From Candidatus Poseidoniaceae archaeon (GTDB taxonomy: Archaea; Thermoplasmatota; Poseidoniia; Poseidoniales; Poseidoniaceae), in NCBI GenBank assembly GCA_943789275.1, contig CALSTM010000003.1:1-32000 (forward strand): a stretch of 32,000 nt of DNA. The letters run 5' to 3'. Each line of letters begins with the position of its first letter. Position 1 is the stretch's first letter. The position numbers and the translations under genes were made by a program. The notes under the pieces are model-generated. The model made no database searches. It saw nothing but the letters and a program-made list of their open reading frames with translations, and was not told the DNA's origin. This document shows positions 1 to 7,760 of the stretch, one piece after another.

Positions 1-115
1 AGAGTACAATGGGTGTTCAGTCCCCCAGTACACTGCCTACCCTATGATTCAACACGCATGTTTTCGAAAGAGTTTGATGTCCAAAATGAAAGGCTATTAT
101 GGAACCGCAACAACC

Positions 116-649
116 TCATTCAGTGCTTGCGGGGAGAGAGGAGTGGTGCACATTAATTCGGAGAGAGCCCTTTGTATCCTTCATGTATCCAAAAGTGTAT
201 TCCGCCTTGATCTCGTTGCCTTCAGGTGAAGTGAAGAAATAATTCCCCATGGCCAAGGCTGTTGACTCATTGAGAACCATGTCTTGGTTCTCAAACCGGA
301 CATTGGTCCAACCGTTAATGGCGAAACCGTTGTCTTCGGGGCACACTCCATTTGATGCAGTGAAATACGACAAGGCTTTCTCAAAAGTAGGGCGAAACTG
401 TTGTTTTACAGCCATAGTAGGCTTGAACAGAACAGGGCTTATCTGGTATGCATACAATGTTTCTATGTGAAGTTCGGCTCTCCCGACAAAGTCCTCACCT
501 GAACGATGCGCTGCAGAAATAGCAACGATGCCGTCTCCCCATGCTCGTTGAGCTTCCTCCACTTCTGTTACAGTCACCATTGAAGAATGCTTGAATCGGT
601 ACTCTATGAATCCGTGGGTAAGCATAATTTCTGAGCGATTAGACAGCAT
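116..649 (-). CDS. NTF2-like (SnoaL/DUF4440-type) small protein, function unknown
   Basis: The 177-aa ORF is much longer than any competing frame here. Its size and the pattern TVTEVEEAQRAWGDGIVAISAAH...YFTS recall NTF2-like/ketosteroid-isomerase-like cone-fold proteins. This is recalled from memory of the family, not a search. The start could be an internal Met. Confidence 0.6.
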   Translation of the reverse strand: MLSNRSEIMLTHGFIEYRFKHSSMVTVTEVEEAQRAWGDGIVAISAAHRSGEDFVGRAELHIETLYAYQISPVLFKPTMAVKQQFRPTFEKALSYFTASNGVCPEDNGFAINGWTNVRFENQDMVLNESTALAMGNYFFTSPEGNEIKAEYTFGYMKDTKGSLRINVHHSSLPASTE

Positions 650-751
650 GAATGGCGACAGTGGTCAATTCTTCATACACGAGCTTACGTCATTCATGAA
701 GCCAAGAAAAATTGGAAGAATCGATTCGATATAACAGGGATCGACGCGCCA

Positions 752-1390
752 TCATTGCTTGAACACCGCTTGAGCAACTGCAAGCAAGAGTTTCATGCTT
801 TGAATCATTTCCTGGGGCGAACGCATGAACATCCTGACTCGAGATTGAACCATGAAATCGTTCACCAATAGCGTACTGGATGTTATCCCGGTTTGAGCGT
901 GATAAATGGCCATCTTACATTCGGGCGTTAGAAAGTGAAAAACCTGATTCGGGTTTGCGCCTTGAATGTGAAAACTACGGTCAAATACCTCGTCATTAAC
1001 TTGAATATCGCTGTTTCCTAACGCAGATGAAATCCTGGAGAAGACTTTTATTTCGGGCGTAATTTTGAGGCCCATTTGGAGAGTCCTTGGGAAATACACT
1101 TCCAAGACGGTATGTACGCCTGGAGCCCCGCGTTTCTGTGGATCGAACCAAATACGGCACTGTAGCCCTTGTATGTGCCCCGTTAATGAAGGATAATCCA
1201 TGACGAAATTGCCGTGTTTGCGTTGAAACATTTTACGCGGTGGGATATACTGCATTTCCATTCTTCGAGCAACTTCTTGGTATCTGCGTTGTAATTTGAT
1301 ACTCAAATACTTCACGAATGCCAACCAAAGCAGGATCATTCCTACGGGGAAAAAAAGAATAACCAAAATCCAAAGCGCTCCATAAGCCAT
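752..1390 (-). CDS. single-pass membrane-anchored hypothetical protein
   Basis: The ORF track gives 752..1471, but that start overlaps the upstream gene by 77 nt. The internal ATG at 1388-1390 gives MAYGALWILVILFFPVGMILLWLAFVKYL (an N-terminal TM helix followed by basic residues). It lies 4 nt after the TGA of the upstream nuclease gene. The soluble part of about 180 aa has no motif I can name with confidence. Confidence 0.6.
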   Translation of the reverse strand: MAYGALWILVILFFPVGMILLWLAFVKYLSIKLQRRYQEVARRMEMQYIPPRKMFQRKHGNFVMDYPSLTGHIQGLQCRIWFDPQKRGAPGVHTVLEVYFPRTLQMGLKITPEIKVFSRISSALGNSDIQVNDEVFDRSFHIQGANPNQVFHFLTPECKMAIYHAQTGITSSTLLVNDFMVQSRVRMFMRSPQEMIQSMKLLLAVAQAVFKQ

Positions 1391-1394
1391 TGTA

Positions 1395-2633
1395 TCACCT
1401 TTCTGATGCTCGAACGTATTCCACACCATCAGGCAACGGGTTCCACGGCAAGACGTCGCACCAGTGGCCAATTCTCCATGCCCGAGCTTGGGTCATTATT
1501 GAGCCCAAGAAGAGCGCACCTTGATGGCCGGAAGCCAAAACTTCGTCAAGGGCTTCTTTACCCCGATTATCGAAACGGGCCGATTGGCGTATCCCCGTAG
1601 GCATGGCTCGTCCGTTGGCATCTGCAGGTTCACACAGTTCCAAAACTGCTGAACCTGTGTTTGAATCGTATTCTTGTAAAAGAACAACAGCGTCCGAAAA
1701 ATCACTTTTGTGGAGCGTCCCGTTGTCGTTCCTCCAATTCCACCAGTGAGGGCACCACGCTTTCCAATCGCAGAATCCCCCACATGATGAGTCCCCGATG
1801 GTTGGCTCCATTGGCAATGGAGTTGGTACAGTCGCTTGCCATGCATCATAGGCTTGCTCAAGGACGTTCTCGCCGTGCGCAGCCCACTTGGATGCGTTCT
1901 GAGTGTACCATCCTTCGGTTCGAACGTTTGGCGCACTTGGATTGTTCGCAAGCAGGATATCTCGATACATTCGAAGTTGGCGGTTCACATCGGTCTTAAG
2001 TTCGGTTTCCGGGGTACGGCCTGTTTTCAAGTCAGCAACCAGCCAACCTACCAATTCTCCTTCATCGTTGATATCACCCATCAGTAAATCGAGACGTCCC
2101 ATAAGGCGGCCATCAGAGGTTTTCAGTTCACCTTCCACGGCAATCGCTAATTTTTGAATTCGCCGCCATAACGCCCCAGTGATTCGGTCTTGCTCAAGAC
2201 TGCGCACGCCTACATGGTCAAGCAGCATCATTACAGCACCGCGCTGATTGCGAACAGCATCTTTCCATTTGTCTTCTTTCCATTGAGGTCGGCGAGGGGT
2301 GGCGTGGAAAATCGCTTTTTCTTCTTCCCAGCGCGTCTTGAGAACGCCTTCTGCGAATTCGGGCATCCAGCCACTTTCAGCATCTTTGATATGCGATATA
2401 TCGTGAAGTAAGAGGTCTTCAACCGAAGCGTGGACTGCGGTTCCAAGCGACGCAGCCATCCCTGCTTTGCGCGGCAATCCTTGCCGACTGAGCCAATACA
2501 TACGCGGGCAGGTCTCGTACCTGTTCCAAGCTGATGGAGAGAGCATGTGAGGTCGGGGCTCAGAAGCCTGTTGCTCGGTCATAACGCTCGGTTGAGTCCA
2601 ATCAACATGAAACCACCGCCAGTAACATTTCAT
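1395..2633 (-). CDS. PD-(D/E)xK nuclease, Cas4/RecB-family with 4-Cys Fe-S cluster signature and an extra C-terminal domain
   Basis: - N-terminal Cys context ETCPRMYWL.
- Catalytic motifs GRLDLL, ADLKTG (D-x-K) and QLRMY (QxxxY).
- C-terminal Cys triad CGGFCDWKAWC.
- An extension of about 105 aa follows, with no motif I recognise.
- The start is uncertain. ATG at 2582 (MTEQQASEP...) is as plausible as 2633 and would leave 88 bp for the divergent promoter region. Confidence 0.85.
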   Translation of the reverse strand: MKCYWRWFHVDWTQPSVMTEQQASEPRPHMLSPSAWNRYETCPRMYWLSRQGLPRKAGMAASLGTAVHASVEDLLLHDISHIKDAESGWMPEFAEGVLKTRWEEEKAIFHATPRRPQWKEDKWKDAVRNQRGAVMMLLDHVGVRSLEQDRITGALWRRIQKLAIAVEGELKTSDGRLMGRLDLLMGDINDEGELVGWLVADLKTGRTPETELKTDVNRQLRMYRDILLANNPSAPNVRTEGWYTQNASKWAAHGENVLEQAYDAWQATVPTPLPMEPTIGDSSCGGFCDWKAWCPHWWNWRNDNGTLHKSDFSDAVVLLQEYDSNTGSAVLELCEPADANGRAMPTGIRQSARFDNRGKEALDEVLASGHQGALFLGSIMTQARAWRIGHWCDVLPWNPLPDGVEYVRASER

Positions 2634-2670
2634 GCAAAGTGTTGAAGCCTAAGAGCGATAGCACACACGC

Positions 2671-3468
2671 ATGGAACGCCCAAGTGTGCGCTTGAATACG
2701 AAAATCGAGACTGAGAATGCAATGGTTGTGGCTTGTTTTCCAAGCATAGGCATGGTATCAAGCGTCGTCGCTCATTTTCTCATTGACCATCTCGACTTGG
2801 AGTTCGTCGGTGCAGTCGTCGACCCTCGGCTTCCAGTCATTACCCTCATCCAGGAAGGCGAGCCATTGCCGGTTATCCGTGCATATGCTGGAAAGCCACA
2901 ATGCACAATTGAGGGATGCGATCAAGTGATTTTGTTGATGAGTGAATTGGTCATTCCAGAACCGCTGGTCAACGACATCGTTTGGGCTATGTTTGAATGG
3001 TCACGAGAAAACAAAATTGTTCACGCTGTCGTGATTGATGCGTTCGCTAAAGAAGGAATGAAAGGAAACCTCAACGGAGCAGAACCGACCATCGAATACG
3101 AAGATACAGAAGGAATTGATGTCGTAGGAATTGGTGCAAATCAAAAGGTTCGAGACATGTTGAAATCGATGGACATCACCCTTCTCAATCAAGGGGTCAT
3201 CAAAGGTATCAACGCGGCCATTCTCAGTGAAGCACGTCGTCGTGGCCTCGATTTGATGTCGATTATGGTAGAAGCCGACCCTCGTTGGCCTGATGCTCGT
3301 GCTGCAGCTACACTGATTGAGACGCTCAACAAGGTCCTGCCGGCCATTGACCTTCCGCATCAACCGCTGCTCGAAGAGGCTGAATTCTTAGAAAGCCAAA
3401 TCAAAGCCATGATGGAAGGTGCTGATGCGAAAACTGAAGTTTCGACCAGCAATTCAATGTACGGATGA
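2671..3468 (+). CDS. PAC2-family proteasome assembly chaperone (archaeal PbaB-like)
   Basis: The 265-aa ORF has the N-terminal signature ...ENAMVVACFPSIGMVSSVVAHFLIDHL, typical of the PAC2/COG1938 family (x-G-F-P-G-I-G-x-V-G type). It has an acidic C-terminal tail ending in YG. It is the only confident plus-strand gene. Its 3' end overlaps the convergent gene at 3454 by 15 bp. Confidence 0.85.
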   Translation: MERPSVRLNTKIETENAMVVACFPSIGMVSSVVAHFLIDHLDLEFVGAVVDPRLPVITLIQEGEPLPVIRAYAGKPQCTIEGCDQVILLMSELVIPEPLVNDIVWAMFEWSRENKIVHAVVIDAFAKEGMKGNLNGAEPTIEYEDTEGIDVVGIGANQKVRDMLKSMDITLLNQGVIKGINAAILSEARRRGLDLMSIMVEADPRWPDARAAATLIETLNKVLPAIDLPHQPLLEEAEFLESQIKAMMEGADAKTEVSTSNSMYG

Positions 3469-4029
3469 TATTGCGTTCATTCGCAGCCATCCCAACACCA
3501 GCAAACCAATGCCAATTGCAAGTCCAATTCCACTGATTACCGTGGGGAAAAGTAGGACTGCATCATACGGTAGGCTCAGAACATCAAGCAACGATTCGCC
3601 GCGCAAGAAAGTCCCGCCGGCAGACGCCGTCAGCAGCATTGAACCGCAAGCGGCCAAACCAGTTGTGCAGTGTACAGTCGCCGTTTTGCTGGTCGCCCAA
3701 ACGCTCTGACTTAAGCGCCAGCGGCTGATGAAAACACCAATCGCAAAACCCATTCCGGCCATTGAAAGAAACATCTTATTGACCAAAATAGGACTGTTAA
3801 GACCTTCCCCCGGAGATGAAGAAAGACCGCTCAAAACCGCAAAGGGCGTTGCTGCAAGGCCGAAGGCCAGGGTGAAGTGCGCGACGTTGTCAAACATCGG
3901 CTTCCAGTCAGCCTTCTTGAGAACATCAAGATGAAGAAGAAGACAAAACAGGAAACTCAACCCGGATACAGAAAAAGCACCGACGACCAATTCAGTTGAA
4001 ACGACATGGAATGTTTGTGAGGAAATCAT
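3454..4029 (-). CDS. 5-TM integral membrane protein with His residues at helix ends, function unknown
   Basis: The 191-aa ORF has five hydrophobic segments. His8, His33, His51 and His117 sit at predicted helix boundaries. Its ATG (4027-4029) overlaps the TGA (4026-4028) of the upstream gene as ATGA, which implies translational coupling. Confidence 0.65.
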   Translation of the reverse strand: MISSQTFHVVSTELVVGAFSVSGLSFLFCLLLHLDVLKKADWKPMFDNVAHFTLAFGLAATPFAVLSGLSSSPGEGLNSPILVNKMFLSMAGMGFAIGVFISRWRLSQSVWATSKTATVHCTTGLAACGSMLLTASAGGTFLRGESLLDVLSLPYDAVLLFPTVISGIGLAIGIGLLVLGWLRMNAISSVH

Positions 4030-5159
4030 TCTTGCCCACCTCCATACTTACCGGCTAAATAGTCGTGGCCGTACCACTTCCATTGATCTTCATTCCATCC
4101 ATTTGGCAACCCACCGGCAGGCAGGGGGGCTATCTCGGATTCCTCAGAAGATTCTTGGGGAACAGATTCAACGATCGACTCTTCATCCAAACGTTGTGGT
4201 AACAAATCCGTTTGATCGTACTTGCTCGAAACGGGAAGAGGTGCAAGACGGGACTGAAGAGCCAGCACCGCACCTGCAATCAAAAACAGAAGAGAAAAGG
4301 CCTGAAGGTATACGGCAAATTCTTCAATCTCCCAACCTGCTTCTTCAGCAGTCAAGGTGAACCAAGGCGTCGTTTGCTCTGGGCCATCGCCTTGGAGAAT
4401 TGCACGCCATTGGAGCGAAGTAGGTTGGAGGGCTGCAGGGATGGTTGCACTCCACATGTTGTCGCCAGAAGAATTGACCTGTGCGCTCATGATAGCGCCT
4501 CCTTCGACCTTCCATTCCACTTGGACGGATTCGGTGAATTCGGTTTGCAATCCCAATTCAGTGGGCACATCAAGGATGCGTGTTGATTGAGGAATGAAAT
4601 CAGCTGCGAGCCTGGGGAGGTTTTCAGGGATCTCTTTCGCTTCCACCTCATAGCCTGTAGAAGTAACGGCAAAGAAGGGTTTGGATGAGCCTCCATGGTG
4701 GATGGCTGCATAGAATGATGTCATGCCTTCACTCGAACTGCGAACGACCCAGGAAACACTCGTTTCAGTTTGGCTGCTTGGGAGCGTTTGTTCGACATAA
4801 TTCGACGCCCCGCCGTTTGATTCGGAGAGAACGTCCCAACCTGCATCTTTGGGGGTGTCTGAATGACCGGTGGTATCGGTCAGAAGAAAGAAGCCAACTA
4901 TCCCAGTTGAACTCAAAGACAGATTGGTTGCAGTAAGGGTGAGGGTGGTTGGGATGCCAGCATACACCGTCGATGGTGACGAAAGGGTGAGGGTTGCCAA
5001 CGATGTTTCATTCAATGCTGCATCTCCGTGACAGGCGCCACCGCATTGCATATCGCGTGTCGCATCACCGTTGCCTCCAGGTTCTGCTGCACCGTACGTA
5101 GAACCAATGAGCAAGAGTGAAAGGAACAGAACGGTATAAACGCGATGATTGAAATTCAA
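4026..5159 (-). CDS. secreted, membrane-anchored protein with N-terminal CGGACH (Cys-x3-Cys-His) Reeler-like module
   Basis: - TTG start at 5157-5159, 1 nt after the TGA of the upstream gene. There is no in-frame ATG before the signal peptide.
- Signal peptide NFNHRVYTVLFLSLLLIGSTYGAA.
- CGGACH motif at nt 5028-5045 (checked by back-translation).
- A second beta-rich domain, then the TM helix FAVYLQAFSLLFLIAGAVLAL.
- An acidic, Trp-rich cytoplasmic tail of about 75 aa. Confidence 0.75.
   Translation of the reverse strand: MNFNHRVYTVLFLSLLLIGSTYGAAEPGGNGDATRDMQCGGACHGDAALNETSLATLTLSSPSTVYAGIPTTLTLTATNLSLSSTGIVGFFLLTDTTGHSDTPKDAGWDVLSESNGGASNYVEQTLPSSQTETSVSWVVRSSSEGMTSFYAAIHHGGSSKPFFAVTSTGYEVEAKEIPENLPRLAADFIPQSTRILDVPTELGLQTEFTESVQVEWKVEGGAIMSAQVNSSGDNMWSATIPAALQPTSLQWRAILQGDGPEQTTPWFTLTAEEAGWEIEEFAVYLQAFSLLFLIAGAVLALQSRLAPLPVSSKYDQTDLLPQRLDEESIVESVPQESSEESEIAPLPAGGLPNGWNEDQWKWYGHDYLAGKYGGGQE
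4665..5054 (-). other. Reeler-like module of the 377-aa protein (aa ~36-165)
   Basis: The order of elements matches the neighbouring gene: CGGACH, tLtLssPstvYaGiptTLtLt, VGFFLLtd, SVSWVV, FYAAIHHGG. Paralogy was judged by eye. Confidence 0.4.
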
Positions 5160-5160
5160 A

Positions 5161-7695
5161 TCAGTCCCTCCTCATGAAGGCGAAGAAACCAATCCCTAGT
5201 CCAAACAGCAACAACATCGTTCCTGAAATCAACCCGCCGGTGGTCGAGGGTCCAGGGGCTGCTTGAGCAGTGGTTTGAACGACGACCGTTTGGGGAGCAG
5301 TAGCGCCTGCAATCAATGCTTCTTCACCGATGAGAGGTTGAACGGAATAGGTGTTTTCTCCAGCAAACAGCGGCTGGTCAGTGAACGAAAGTTCATCCGT
5401 AACTCCAATCGAAATACCGTTACGAAGAATTGTGAAATTGGCATCTGGTCCGTCCCAAGCCCACTGCAAATCGACATTTCTACCGGTCGAGACGGAAGTG
5501 AATTCGGAGACGGTTGGTCCTTGAACGACAAGCAATTGAACGTTCGAAGTATCTTCCCCGCCCATGTCATCAACAACAACGAGCGTTACAACAATATTCG
5601 CCGTAGGGAAGATGGAAACATCGGTTCCCGAAGCGGCGCCAGTCATGCTGTTCGTATCCGTCCAAGACCACAATGCAGTTACGATTTGTCCGTCAATGTC
5701 AGTGGAGAGAGACGCACTGAGGTCAACGCGTTCTCCAAGCCAAATAGGATCCGTTTTTACCGTTATTTCAGAAGTGGGGGCGGTGTTGAGAACCGTTGTA
5801 GAAGAGGTCGCAGTAACACCAGAGAGTTGGCCTTCATCGGTCGGCGTTACATGAACCGACCATGTTTGCCCAGGACCGAGATAACTTGCAGGGACGCTTG
5901 TAGCGTTCATGAGTGTGCCATCGAGGAAACCGTTTCGATACCATTGTACATTCGTTTGAACTTCGTCTCCATCCGCATCGTCGGTCGTAATGACGACATT
6001 AAGAGTATCTTGCGAAGTAATGTTTTCTGAAACCGCAACAGATGCGCTGGGTGCGCTGTTGAGGACGGTCACGTTTGCAGTAAGCGGAGTGGTGCTGTAT
6101 CCGTTCCCATCGCCTGCCTTGACTTGTACGGTCCAAACTTCGTCTTTCATCGTCGAAGATGAGGGGAGAGTTGTCAATCCAGTCAACGACGATTTCATGA
6201 TTCCATCACGCCACCACGTAATTTCTGAGTTTGATTCAGCGTCCCCGTCAAGATCCGACATCGTGAACTGAACTGAAATCTCGTCCGTGGTATATGCCTC
6301 ACTGTGAGAGAGTGTGACGGATTCTGTAACGGGCACAGTGTTCTGGACCGTCAACTGATTGCTCGAAGTCCAAGACGACCATTCTGTACCGTCGTTCACT
6401 CGAACTTGAGCAAACCAGATTTGCCCTTTTTCAGTAAATGCTGATGGGATGATGTGGCTGTTTTCAGCGAATGCGTAAGCGGCGTTGTTGAGGAACCATT
6501 GGATTTCCACATTTGTTTCGGCATCCCCGTCAGCGTCAGAATACGTGTAGGCCACAGAAAAGTCGTCGGTCGTGAAAATAGGACCGGAACTCAATACCAC
6601 GGTGTTGGCGACTGGAGGTGTGTTGACTTGCCCTCCACCAATTGAAACTGCTTGTGAAGAAACCCATTGTGAAACATCTTCACTGTCGTTCGCTCGAACT
6701 TCAACAACCCAAGAATCGCCGTCACGAGTGGCATAGGCAGGTAATGTTTCAACGTCGTTCAATTCAGGAATCAATATCCCGTCCAAAAACCAGCGGACCT
6801 CGAAGTTCACGACGTCGGCATCTGCATCGAAGGAAGTGCTGGTAAACGAAAGTGAATCGTCTTCAGTTGGCTGGTTTGGCGAAAGTGTAGGAGCGGTTGT
6901 TGTGGGTGCTGAATTGGCAATGGTGAGCACATTACTGAACATAGGCCCCCCTACATCTGAACCATCCGAAGGCAGGACCTTTGCACTCCACTCCTGTCCT
7001 TTCGCAGTTTCTGACGGTGAAACTGTGGTGCCAGATAGCGAAGTCTGCTCGACCCCATCCTTGAACCATTGAATCGTAGTTCCTGATTCAGGGTCGTTTT
7101 CTGGGTCAGAATAAGAATACGTGAGCACCAGCGTATCGGTCGTGGTCGCTCCGCTCGGACCAAGCATGAGGTTGGAGACGCTTGGCGGTGAGTTTGGAGC
7201 GGCTCCCGCCTCAGGAATTTGGAACGAAAGGGTATCCCATCGGTCACCGTTGTTGTTTCCGCTGGAATCCGCTGTTAGCCCTGCAACTGTGAGAGCAGTT
7301 ACGCCAGAACCTGTTGATGGTGCAATCCAATCAATGCTCCAAGAGCGTTGGCTGCTGCCAGTAATCGAATGGGTCGCGCTGTTTTGAGCTTGATTGACGT
7401 TCACTGCAAAACCAATTCCTGCAGAGAGAGTTCCTTTGTCAACTTCTAAATTAAATCCACCACTGCTACCAGAGACTCCATTGCTCACTGAAATACTGAG
7501 CGTGTAGGTCGAGCCGGCCGTATATTGTGCAGGATGGCCGGTCAGTGAAACGGTTGCAGCAGTGGTGCCGGATTGGGTGTGGCATGAACAGCCAGTACTG
7601 CGATTATGAATACCGTTGGAGTTGCCTTGCGTAAGTGGCATTGAACCCAACAAGACCAGAAGAACCATACCGGTAACAAGAAATTTACGATTCAT
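5161..7695 (-). CDS. large secreted cell-surface protein: CSCH Reeler-like module, five ~95-aa tandem beta-sandwich repeats, PKD-like and Fn3-like domains, C-terminal TM anchor
   Basis: - The ORF track starts at 7761. The ATG at 7693-7695 gives a canonical signal peptide, MNRKFLVTGMVLLVLLGSMPLTQG, so it is preferred.
- CSCH motif at nt 7579-7590 (checked).
- Five repeats share ..T.D.l.v.Y.YsD.DGD.e....I.W+.+G....l....lp...t.KG..W.v.V...DG.
- The C-terminus PGPSTTGGLISGTMLLLFGLGIGFFAFMRRD is a TM helix plus a basic tail at the extreme end. Confidence 0.85.
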   Translation of the reverse strand: MNRKFLVTGMVLLVLLGSMPLTQGNSNGIHNRSTGCSCHTQSGTTAATVSLTGHPAQYTAGSTYTLSISVSNGVSGSSGGFNLEVDKGTLSAGIGFAVNVNQAQNSATHSITGSSQRSWSIDWIAPSTGSGVTALTVAGLTADSSGNNNGDRWDTLSFQIPEAGAAPNSPPSVSNLMLGPSGATTTDTLVLTYSYSDPENDPESGTTIQWFKDGVEQTSLSGTTVSPSETAKGQEWSAKVLPSDGSDVGGPMFSNVLTIANSAPTTTAPTLSPNQPTEDDSLSFTSTSFDADADVVNFEVRWFLDGILIPELNDVETLPAYATRDGDSWVVEVRANDSEDVSQWVSSQAVSIGGGQVNTPPVANTVVLSSGPIFTTDDFSVAYTYSDADGDAETNVEIQWFLNNAAYAFAENSHIIPSAFTEKGQIWFAQVRVNDGTEWSSWTSSNQLTVQNTVPVTESVTLSHSEAYTTDEISVQFTMSDLDGDAESNSEITWWRDGIMKSSLTGLTTLPSSSTMKDEVWTVQVKAGDGNGYSTTPLTANVTVLNSAPSASVAVSENITSQDTLNVVITTDDADGDEVQTNVQWYRNGFLDGTLMNATSVPASYLGPGQTWSVHVTPTDEGQLSGVTATSSTTVLNTAPTSEITVKTDPIWLGERVDLSASLSTDIDGQIVTALWSWTDTNSMTGAASGTDVSIFPTANIVVTLVVVDDMGGEDTSNVQLLVVQGPTVSEFTSVSTGRNVDLQWAWDGPDANFTILRNGISIGVTDELSFTDQPLFAGENTYSVQPLIGEEALIAGATAPQTVVVQTTAQAAPGPSTTGGLISGTMLLLFGLGIGFFAFMRRD
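7213..7614 (-). other. Reeler-like module of the 866-aa protein (aa ~50-183)
   Basis: The pattern is GCSCH..(tvsLtG.P.qYtaGstYtLsi)..GGFnLev..G....saTHsi......sidWiAPs..g.vtl.vagl......W. It matches my recollection of the Reeler-domain layout (Cys/His near the start, GF-x-L, x-TH, W-x-aP). It is paralogous to nt 4665-5054. Confidence 0.4.
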
Positions 7696-7760
7696 GCCAA
7701 TACCACTGGTTAAGCAGTTATCAAAGGGTTGGTGTATTGATTTGACAAAACACTGATTCA

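Noticed and set aside
752-1471. Long form of the membrane-protein ORF, starting at 1471
   Set aside because: It would overlap the 3' end of the nuclease gene by 77 nt and add a non-hydrophobic, Cys/Arg-rich leader. The ATG at 1390 begins directly with the TM helix and sits 4 nt after the upstream stop.
5028-5045. CGGACH (and CSCH at 7579-7590) as c-type cytochrome heme-attachment sites
   Set aside because: The canonical covalent heme motif is CxxCH. These are Cx3CH and CxCH, and only one occurs per protein. I therefore do not call them cytochromes c. They are treated only as conserved Cys/His clusters that might bind a metal or cofactor.
5263-6030. 255-aa plus-strand ORF antisense to the 866-aa surface gene. 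Similar antisense ORFs lie at 9271-9852, 12644-13204, 21672-22376, 16032-16451 and 3001-3363.
   Set aside because: Each lies entirely inside a longer opposite-strand gene with strong family signatures. Their translations are low-complexity or Arg/Ser-rich with no motifs. This is typical of antisense shadows in sequence of about 50% GC.
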